NCBI RefSeq assembly: GCF_964355755.1
Contig: NC_092672.1
Span: forward strand, 36,710,437 to 36,774,436
Direction of reading: 5' to 3'
DNA: 64,000 nucleotides
DNA from: Antedon mediterranea
Lineage: Eukaryota; Animalia; Echinodermata
The notes beneath the pieces are model-generated. The model saw only the letters and a list, made by a program, of their open reading frames with translations, was not told the DNA's origin and made no database searches. Position 1 is the first letter of the stretch. Each line of letters opens with the position of its first letter. Below are positions 23,999 to 35,900 of the stretch, one piece after another. A program made the translations under genes and the position numbers.

Positions 23999-26900
23999 AT
24001 GGAACCGTACAATCACATCGCATCAAATCTCTCGCATGTTGTACCTGATGTAACGTTCATGGCGCAAAGATTCCACAACAGGTGTTTAGTTTACGATGAG
24101 GAGAATGAAGAATTGGTAAGATCATATTTTGTTATTATGTTAATCAAATTTGCATATTCAACTTAATGGTATTTGTACTTGACTTAAGTATGTACTAAAT
24201 TTTATAAGAATATTTCAATTCCAAATCTATTATGCTCTACTGTTTGTGATTTCTATAGTATGTTTGTTATTTAAATTGTTATGTTGTATATAAATGTATA
24301 TAAATCTGGTACTTGAGCTTTTCACGTTGATTCACAATCTCGACAATAGCAGCGTAAATAGCTGAATCATTGTTGTTAGTTTACTGTGTGTCAAATTCTG
24401 TCTGCTGTTTACAATAACTTTTTATCTATTTTGTCTGCGAGTATGTGTGGCAGTATGTTGATTGCATTAATGTGCGCGTATGTGTGGCAGTATGTTGATT
24501 GCATTAATGTGCGCGTATGTGTGGCAGTATGTTGATTGCATTAATGTGCGCGTATGTGTGGCAGTATGTTGATTGCATTAATGTGCGAGTATGTGTGGCA
24601 GTATGTTGATTGCATTAATGTGCGCGTATGTGTGGCAGTATGTTGATTGCATTAATGTGCGCGTATGTGTGGCAGTATGTTGATTGCATTAATGTGCGCG
24701 TATGTGTGGCAGTATGTTGATTGCATTAATGTGCGCGTATGTACTTACAAATTTAAGACATTTACCAAAAACGTATACATTCATATTACCATAAACAGTA
24801 AAAGGTTGTTTTTTTAACAAAATCAACTCTTTGACAATTGGAAACTTTCCAAAAAACTTAAATTTCAGTTAAATAAAACAAAAATTAAATTATTGTGTTA
24901 AGAAATTAATTTTTTTAGTTGCAATCACGGCCTACTGTATATAGTATGTAACTTTCATATTCCAATATTGATTTAAAGCGTTAAGTCGTAAAAATATAAC
25001 ATAGGCAATGGACTTTTGCTTATTCGCTGTATATAAATATGCATGTAAACAAGAGAAATCAATAGATTCACTCAGATTACCTTTACACAGAGAATCAAAA
25101 CAAATAGATAATATCAAATAAATTAAGTGAATCAACTTTACTAGTAGGGTTTGTATCACAACCTGTTGAATACATAGACGTCATGCATTGTTTTAATTGT
25201 TGTGCCACTTCCTCTATAGTTTACGAAGGTGTATCTTAGCAAATGCCAATTGGTTGACACTGACTTCCTCAGCGCTTACAAGATGATCTTAAGTACGAGC
25301 CAGCTACAAAGAATACAATAGATATTCAACTTTATATATTGATTTTCAACAGATTGATACTGTACTGTTTTAATTTCCGTTTTTCAGCCAGAAAACAGAT
25401 GTTGTGTTGTTTTTCTAACTTTATTATGTTGTGTTTCTGAATTCTTTAATTTCTCTACTTTATCTATATTTACTGTTTTATTTTAACTTATATTCTATAC
25501 AGGCTTTTCTATGCCTGCTTTTAATATTTCATTATGCAAATGTTATCAAATTTATCATCTAAGGCCTAAATAAAGTATTATATGTACCATGATAAAGAAC
25601 AGGTTGCTGGTATAAAATGCCCATTCATTTTTACAATTTTTAAATAACAGTTTTGGTCACTATTGTTGTTTAATCTACATCCCCCACCTCACCTCACTCC
25701 ACTCACAACTGTTAAAATGAAAAACTTGTAATAATACTATGTGTTGTAATTGTTCTTGTAGTTGTTGGCTCTTCGATACATACACATAGTGTTTGCCTCT
25801 CTGAGTATCATAGGGGCGAGTTCAACTATCATTTACTCCATAATAAAGGGCGTGGTTACAAGTGAAGAAGTAAGTACACTACCAGAATCTTAAGTTATGT
25901 TCCTTATTTAGTCTCATACAGATATTTTAGTCTGTTTAGAGCATGTTTGCAATAGTATACAAATAATGAATGTTTATGAGCGTAATGGTACAAATAATGG
26001 CATGCGGTGAATGATAAAAGGTTATATTTCAAAGAGGAGAAGCTCAAACAAAAAATATTTTAAACACAAAAAAATGAAAAAAATTACTATTGAACCACTG
26101 TTCAATAGTGCGTACTATTGCATGCCATGTGACACACTATCATCCAATCAAATGACAGGAATTTATTTAAATGTTATATAATAATTGTATGGTGTTACTG
26201 TTATTTTTAAATTCCAAGTGTTTGTTGTCTAAAATAAATTTTTAATAACAAGTTTTATATTGTAGGTACGGCCTTTATTCCATTTGTCATTAGCTGACTT
26301 GGGGTTGGCAATATGCTGGGTTATTGGTGCCGCTGTCTGGAATGATGATAAGGATGACAGCGAAGGCTGTGTTTATTTACAAGCTATTACAGAAGTAAAT
26401 ATTATCTTATTGTATTTAGTCATCAAAGGCTAGTACTTACTACCACTATACTAAAGCTCTGCCTACACCGTCTATCAAACTAGTTTGACAAAAAAAGTGT
26501 GATGTGCCCAAATATAGTAGTGGTATGGTCAAATATGGTAGTGATATGACATCATCATGTCCATATATAGGCACATCACATTTTTGTCACATAAAGTTTG
26601 ATAGTGTAGACAAGGCTTAACATCCTTTCCCATCATTTTTTTTTTTCATTTTGGGGTGGACTTTTTTGACTATTCAACGGTGATGAACCCTTGCATAGGG
26701 GTCAGTTACTGTAATAAATTTAAAACCTTTTAATAATACTTTTATCTATTTAATGAAGATTATTATTATAATTTGTTCTTTTCAGGCATTCCATGTATCA
26801 ACATTTTTCTTGACTGTAAATTACTCTTTGAATGTTTATGTGCGAATAAAAGATAGACAAAATAGAGCGATGAAGTTATCAACATTAATGGTAAGTTATC

Positions 26901-29900
26901 AACATTAATGGCAAGTTATCAACATCAATGGTAAGTTATCAACATTAATGGTAAGTTATCAACATTAATGGTAAGTTATCAACATTAATGGTAAGTTATC
27001 AACATTAATGGTAAGTTATCAACATTAATGGTAAGTTATCAACATTAATGGTAAGTTATCAACATTAATGGTAAGTTATCAACATTCATACTAAGTTATC
27101 AACATTAATGGTAAGTTACCAACATTCACACTAAGTTATCAACATTAATGGTAAGTTATCAACATTAATGGTAAGTTATCAACATTAATGGTAAGTTATC
27201 AACATTCATACTAAGTTATCAACATTAATGGTAAGTTATCAACATTCATACTAAGTTATCAACATTAATGGTAAGTTACCAACATTCATACTAAGTTATC
27301 AACATTAATGGTAAGTTACCAACATTCATACTAAGTTATCAACATTAATGGTAAGTTATCAACATTAATGGTAAGTTATCAACATTAATGGTAAGTTATC
27401 AACATTAATGGTAAGTTATCAACATTAATGGTAAGTTACCAACATTCATACTAAGTTATCAACATTAATGGTAATTTACCAACATTCATACTAAGTTATC
27501 AACATTAATGGTAAGTTATCAACAAATGTCTGTTATTTAAATTAATTTATATTGTTTATTTTTTATTTATATCTTATAGTCAAGTATTAAAATGAAGTGG
27601 GGGCTACGAATGGTGTATGTGCTTTCATGGTAAGTAGTTTGTTACCAGAAATTAATTTAAAGATTGCACTTAAATAATAGTATAGCCACAGGGTACGAAA
27701 AGGAAAAGGTGGGATATTACTTGGGTTACATTAATAATATATTTCTGAATTTATGCTAAATTAGGGGTTATACTTGGTCATAAGGTATAAGGTTGTTTAA
27801 TTTTTTTCAGGTTTTTTTCATGTTATTTTTTCATGTTGTTTTTTCATGTTGTTTTTTCATTTTTTTTAACGTTATTTTTCATGTTGTTTTTTCATGTTGG
27901 TTTTTCCTGTTTTTTTTCAGGTTGTTACCAATTATAATAATGATTCCTATAGTGTATTACCACGAGACAGTTGACCTACTTAAATGTTACAGGTAATTTA
28001 CATTTAGTAACTTTTATTAAAACAATCAACCCTAAAATCATATTTACAAAGGATCCCACAATATTTAGCTGTCAATGTTATGTGTAAAGTGGCAATTATC
28101 AGATCCAATAATGCATAACATACTTTACATCATGTGAAAAAATTATGTCCTGAACCTAAACTTTGTACCTACGTCTAAGTATCTAATTTTATTGTGTCCT
28201 CTAAAAATACCACTATAGCACCCTCTATGACAAACTATATACCATCTCTGTTGTGTCTTCTCTAATAAATATGATATAGCATCCTCTATTTTCAATTCAT
28301 TTATTTATTTGACCAACAAACCATATTGTAAAATATACAGAGATGAATTGGTCAGAGACTGCTAAAGAAAACAAGATTACAATAACTACAAGAGTCAGCA
28401 GTCTTATGATCTTAACTAAAATAAATTTATAAAATTTCATTTTATGACAAACTACAATATTTCCATTTCGTCCTGAATGAATGATATAGCGCCCTCTTTA
28501 TATGCCAAACTTATCTGTAGTTCTTATTTGTTTTCAAGATGTTTGCTGTTATTCTACAGACCATCAGTTCAGTCCGTAAGTTAACAAATATTATAATTTG
28601 AGATGATTTTAATTCAGAAAGAAAAGATAAATACAAAAACTTAGCAAAAAAAAAAAAAAATTGTTTTATTCATTATCTTTCTTGCTTTTGGGTTTAAAGA
28701 AGTTATTCGAATTAAATTGATGAATTTAAATTAAAGATGACAACAGTTTCTAATGAATGCCTTGTTTTCACGTCTGTATAATTATTATTATTTGTAGAGA
28801 GATGAGGACTACGACAGCTGGTGGTGGGAGAATTATGGTGCTATTTTCTTTGTAATATCGTTAGGACTTTCAATGATTATAATAATTGTAAGTATTTTAA
28901 ATTTCATTTAGATAATAATGGTAAAAGACAAAATGTACTAATAAAAAAAATCATAAGCTCCAGCTAAAAGTGAATATTTATCTAACCTAAAACCCTTTCA
29001 ATTTGCCTAGCCCAGTTTACACACACAGGCAGTATACCATACAAAACACAAGTGTTGACGCCCCACTGTATAAAATTTATTAAACCCAGAATAAAAAATG
29101 CATACTATATAATTAAAAGGTTAACAGTATTAAAAATTAGATTTAACAATCTTAATGAAATTGCCAAAATGAATAGAAAAGGAATTTTAACACAATTTAA
29201 TTCTTGTTTAATATATAATATAAATTATATTTGACAATCAATGTAAATTTTATTATCTTTTAAGGTTTTCTATTTGTTGTCAATAAAAGTTTTCAGAATA
29301 TTAATAAAACAGAATAGTAAGTATATTTGTTTCTCATATTTGACTCTTAAAACCTTAAAACAAGCCCATGGGGCTACTTTAGAACTGTTTACATCTTTTA
29401 CCTAGCTAGTATTTCGAGCTTGAAGTATCAAGTGACCAATCACAAGGCTTACACTTCAAAATTCTCCAAACCAATACTATTTCTGGGAAATGTAAAATAT
29501 ATATCAACTTAAAAAAAAAAAAAAAAAAAAAAATTATATTTCAATCAACTTATGTACAATATATTACTTAAGTGTGAATGAATACATATTTACATCTTCA
29601 TTTTCTAGGAAATCAGTATATTAAATTAATTAAAAATACTGTTTAAATTAATAATGTTTGTTTTTAATAAATGTTAGTGTGGACAGATGCGCAACGAGAT
29701 GCTGTAAGAAGTATGAGAATACGTATAACGTTCTACATCCTTGTCTTTCTTTATTGTTGGATACCAGGTAGGTAAATTGAATATTTGGTATTTGTAAGTG
29801 GGGGGGGGGGGGAAGTTCGGGGGGAGGTGATGTAGGTGGCAAAATCCAAAGAGGATTAGAGACATGAAAATAATGGAAATTATAATAGTGGTTACAAATA

Positions 29901-32900
29901 ATCGGTATTGGTAACAATCATAAATCACCTTTCTAATCTAACGCAAGTAAATAAATGCATCGATTTAGGAAGTAATGCGCACCAAATTATTCATGAATTG
30001 AAAACAATTATCTTTTAAAAGCAAGCATGAATTGAAAAAAACCCAAAAAATATTTATTCAAAATGAATTTTTATGAAAGAATTACACACAAACTTAATTC
30101 TAATTGATTTGAATAATGATGTAAGATTTCAGAAAGGGGCTTACTCCATTTAGAGACCAGCGCGGGTGAGTGAGTGGCCGAGCGGTTAAGACAGTGGAAC
30201 CGTAATTACGTAGCCATAACATCGGCAGGGGTTCGAGGCTCACTCACTCCATGGTTCTGGTGGTAGAACGAGTCTTCTCGGATAAGGACTATAAACCGTA
30301 GGTCCAGTGTACACATCTAGCTCGTGTGCACTTTAAAAGAACCTAGTACATCTTTCGAGACGAGTAGGGGGTTACCCCGGTGTATTAGTACATCACAGCC
30401 ACTGATCACCAACTGGGACAAGTTTTTGACTGAAGAGGTTACCCTGTATAAATATAAATTTCAATCAACCATTATTGGTAGGGTAAGCAAATTGCCGATT
30501 CATTTCAACTCTTGACAGTTCAGTGTACTGTATCTATCATGTGAATAATATTAAATTTAGAAATTTAATTCCATTAATATTTATGAGAAATGAAGTCAGC
30601 AAGTAGGCATGCTAGGTAATAAACCATGTGTCTATACAAAGGAATCATATAATTGATTAAATATTGAATCGACAATCATTTTGTGGTTTTTGCAAATTGA
30701 GTATTTATTGAAAAAATGCACTTTTAAAATATGATGCGTCATAAACATTAAGTTGTTTCTCAAAATACTGACAATTTCTCTAGAATTAATTAATCTGGAA
30801 TTGACCAAATTGTCACTATACACTTTCACATATTTTTTTTTTTTAACAAGTGTACTATTACTGACATTTTGATGAATTTGGCAAATAGTTTTTCTATTTT
30901 CTTGTTGTCATAGTCTTCACGTTAAAACCGGATATTGTTGTCAATACAGAGTTGACAAGAAATGGTAATTGATGTCTATAATGATATATTTAATCCCTCC
31001 TATTGTCGTTATGTATCTCAACCCAGAAAGTGTTGAGTGACCTATAAAACATATGAGGTTATAATTATTAGATTAATTTAAAGATGTATTGTCCCTGTGA
31101 AAAAATTTTTTTTTTAATATGTCATTTAATGTTACATGATCAAAAATTGGATCGGAAAAAAAATGATTTACCTGAAAAAATTGTAATTTAAAGGAAAAAA
31201 TAGTCAAATTGGCTGCCAGCCAATGGGTTTTTGGTTGAATTTAACTGTTTATTTTGTCATTTTATAAGTTCAAACATGATTTTTTCAGGTTTTTTTTCTA
31301 TGGAAGTGATTTAACTTTGGTAAAACTACAAAAAAGGCCTATTCAAAGTCTGATTTCATTTGTCATGTTTTTGGGGGACAATACATCTTTAATGGAAGTT
31401 GTCACTAACTAATGTAATCAATAACTTTAAATTGCATGAACTAATTACCTCTTTTAAGTATTGCGTGAGTGCCATTCATTATACAGTATATTAAACCTAT
31501 ACTGTTACTTCCCTTCCTTTTTGATTGGCATTCATTTCTCCATTATTTTAATCTTTCATATTGTTAATTTTAACCCAATTGTGAAACACTGGGCCTTAAA
31601 TGACCCAAATATTTATATCACTATGGTGTCGTCATTTTACGTTGCTTAATGGTTTTAATTATCTAAGAATATCATGTCTGTTAAATTAAGAAACCACTCA
31701 GCCTCAATGTATTGAAGTCTCTGATGTGGTTATGCTTAATGTCCCTGATGTGGTTATACTTATAAATTTCAATAAATCGGTCAAGTGCTGTTGTACTTTG
31801 AATCTAAAATACTCATTGTGATTCTAATAATAATTGTTTATACTCCTTTGTATATTTGTTTGTGGGAGCGAGGTAGATAATAATAATAATAGATAGATTT
31901 ATATGCGCAAATATATGATGTCTCTGCGCTCGTCAATAAAGAGAAAGAGTGGAAAACAAAATGAAGAGAACAAAAAGACAAAAACACCAAGCTAGCACCC
32001 AAACTGGAGTATGGGGATACACCATAACCGCTAACTGAGGATCAGTAAAGATGTCTTTTTCATGTGAATGCTTCTCCTCAATTCAATTCAACAAACCTTT
32101 ATTTCATCAGGAGCCATACAAATAATTCAAAGCATGAAATAAGGACCAGCCTACTATAGAAGTAAAACTTTTCTCAGTTGGTTTGAAGATAAATCTTTTT
32201 GTCTTTGTACTTTTGTGTTATTATTTTAATTGTTATATCTAATTTTGCACCGTGTCCCACAGGGTGTTGGCTCCACGCATTTCCTCTCTCTCTCCCACCC
32301 TCCTTCCCTCCCCCCCTTGTATGTTACTGTAAGTCGAGTAGAAAGTGTTGTTCCCAATGATATCACTCTTCCATCATTTCCTCAGCCTGCCGTGTCTATC
32401 CTTTCCAATCAGCTGTTTCTAGTAGGATGCGTGTTAGTAATCTGTATTTTATCCATTCTTGCGGCCTGGCCAAATGAGGCAAGTTGGATTTTATTGATGG
32501 CCAGATTAAAAACAACAAAGATATCTCTCGAATTCTGATTGATAAATATAAATTTCGATAATTGTAAATTGAGATGACGTCTTCAATGTCTGTACATTGG
32601 AGTACTGTACATCATATTGAACCACTGACTATCCAATTAGAAGCCTGACGCAAATCTGCTGTGTCATTAAAACATCAATAAACTTTGTTTGTTTTTTTAT
32701 TGAATTTCCACACATAAGTGAATATATTTACATTACCAAAGATTAGCTGATAATTGAAAAGAATTGATGTGTGCTTGGCGGGCAAATAAGTTTGAAGACT
32801 TACACATCTGGTATTTGTAAGTTGTTCTCATAAAATATTTGTTTTTTACTAATGAACTTGTCTAATTATGCATATAGCTACATTAAATCACCAGGTTCCC

Positions 32901-35900
32901 TACACAAGAAATAAGCGTTGGGAATTACTAGTAAGACAGTCAGATGGTGTAAATCAGTAGTACAGTACTGTGCAAATGAATGCACTACGGTTCTGATACT
33001 TTGGACGTATCAAGTGTGTTATAAAACAGTTGCTATGTTATTATTAGCATACTCACCATAAAAACCTCTATTTGCGTTTAGTGTAGGATTGTTGTTCCTA
33101 ATATAACCTTTTACTACGCTTAAATGCAGTTTGCGGCGTGGATGCATGACAATCTAATTTACTGCCAGGGTTAATGAAGCTGCCTGTACATCAACAAACA
33201 TGAATGGAATATACATTTCTTAATACCGACACATTGACGTCGAAGAACAGAATTAAGTTTGATACTTTGGATTTTCAGATTAATGTCATAACTCCTTTGT
33301 TCGTCATCTGATTCAGTCGAAATTTTACCAAACTGTATTTGTTGAGCCACAAACGGAATTCTAAACGATCTGTAACAGCTTTTGGATTCGCAAGAACAGA
33401 TTTATGTGGTGATGTACTAAAAGTTTGTCCTATGTACATTATCAAACATTTGTAACTGTTAATTTCTGAAAAGCAACATTACGATGGATGAATCACATTG
33501 TAATGTGTCATACATTAATGTTTGGCCTGCTGCAACCATCATAGAATGCGTATATATTACTGTTTTATCAATACTTGGAATATTTGGAAATGTGTTTGTA
33601 ATCACCGTCATATTATGCAGCAAATCTTTACACAACCCGCATTACTTTTACGTTTGTTGTTTGTCCGGCTTTGACCTTTTCACGACCTCTGTCCTTATGC
33701 CGATGTTCATCGTTACGCTTCAGGTAGAAATTCCTGCTATGCTGTGTACTATTTTTGCGTACTTGCGATTGTGGACCGTTGGAATGGTACTCTGTATGTT
33801 GTCATCTATGAGTATAAACAGGTTCATGAAAGTATCTCTACATAAAGAGACATACACGAGATATACTACAAAACGCTGGATTACTCTAAACATGTTTTGG
33901 GCTGGTTCTCTCACCGGTTCTCTGATTTTGGCACCACTTTGGGGTTTCGGTGAAGCTGGGTTCAACGTAGCTTTACATCATTGTACGTTCACATACAACT
34001 ACGAAGGCTGGTGCTTAGCGATATTGCTGGAGTCTGTCGGTATTAGCATCACCATCACGTGTCTCTCTATCACAAACTACGTTATTTATAAGACGGTGCG
34101 GAACAGTAAACGACGTGTCCAGAACGTATCATCAATCCACATTAAACAGCAACCGCCTTCAAATGCGAGTCTGGCTTCTTCTTTTAATGCTAGCACACGA
34201 CACAAACGCAAAGATGACAATAAAATTACGTACATTCTGCTCGCTATGATATCTACATTCATGGTCTGCTGGCTACCATTCAGTATCGCGATGTTGTTTA
34301 ATAAGAACTGCACGATACCCGTACATCTTCTGCAATTTATGGATATTTTGCTGTGGACCAACTCCGCGATTGATCCGTTTATTTATGCGTGGCTTAACTC
34401 GCAATTTTTAAAAGCGGCAAAACGAGTAGTACCGTGCCTCGATAGATAAACAGATAGACTAAAATGTTTAGTTTTTGTAAAATAGGTGAAATCAGTAAGG
34501 CTGATAAAATAGAAACTTCTATTAAACTGAAGGCTTAAAAAGGAGCCTCTTTTAACCAATTTGGAAATACTGTATAGTGCATTCATTCAATTGTTTAAAA
34601 ATGTATTGTCTCCCAAAAACAGGAAAAATCAGACTTTGAATTCATTTGTAGTTTTAATGAAGTTACTCACTTAGAGAAAAAAAACAACAAAGGTAATTGA
34701 TTTCACTTATAAAAAGATAAAATTATCAGTTAAATTAATTTTTTTGGATGTAAATAATTTTTTTTTACCTAATTTGTTATGGCATATTCAAAAAAGTTAT
34801 TATGTGATATTAAAATGGCATATTCAAAAAAGGGGGACAGTATATCTTTATTTAAAAAATTTGTACTGCTGGAAAAAGATCTAACTGTTTGGTTTAGCTT
34901 GTGTTGACTGATCCAGCCGCATCCCAATAAAATATTCTTTATGAGACTTTAAAGGCCAGGTGCGGGCAAAAAATTTCTATTGATCATACATTCCAATAAT
35001 TATCGATCTATATTTTCCCCTATGTTTCATAATTTTGGGGATTTTATTTGTGTTACATGAGCTTGTTGAAAATAAGCACTTTCTTATCAGTTCAAATTAC
35101 ACAGTAAAATCTCTATTCTTTTGTACACAAATTTTGTAAATAGAGAGGAATTTTAAGAAGCTATGAAAAATAAACAGTGTGGTAAAAAATGTTATCAGAT
35201 GACTAAATATAGGTAATATAACTTGAATTTTACATTTCTGGTATTTTTATTCAACTTCAGATTTTTATTTTTATGCTATAGTAAAAATTATCCACCGTAT
35301 ATCCACCATCTTTTTTCACCTTCTAGGGAGTCACTAGACATGTTATTATATTAGGTTAAACTACCTAACTACTGAAAAAAGGTCTTCCTGGTTTTTATGG
35401 CAGAATTTTGCCAAATTTTGTATTTGATCATATTAAGGGAAATTCATGTTTTTTCGTCTTGATTTCTGTTACAAATATTTGATTTATGTACAATTAATCA
35501 GATACTATATTTAAAATTCATGCCTGTACCTGAGCTTTAAATTTAATTTAGAAATAACATAAACACACTAACGCAAATTTAACAACATGATAATGGAAAA
35601 AATAAAGATGTGTCTGAAAGCGAACAATGTACACAAATTTAATGAAAAACACAGTTTTTTATTCCAGACAGTCATGTCAACAAATAAAAATAAAAGAATG
35701 ACTATGCTTCCATAGCAACAAAACAAATTTTGTTTAATCTTAAAAACGTGAAAATCCATTTACGTTGGTGTTTTTATAGCGATAAATAAGTTAACAATCG
35801 TTGTCAATTGATGATGTAATAGGTCTAGCCTTTAATGTTGGCAGGGCAACTGCCTTTCAAACTAGATTCTGATTGGCTATTGAATTTGCTATTTTTTTGT

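Noticed and set aside
25221-25321. Extra TMEM116 exon after CTTCCTCTATAG
   Set aside because: There is no convincing donor before in-frame stops, and exons ending at 24115 and starting at 25762 already join in phase.
30165-30252. tRNA gene
   Set aside because: The anticodon arm is not well formed and the sequence continues into a body shared with 12396-12703; it is a SINE head.
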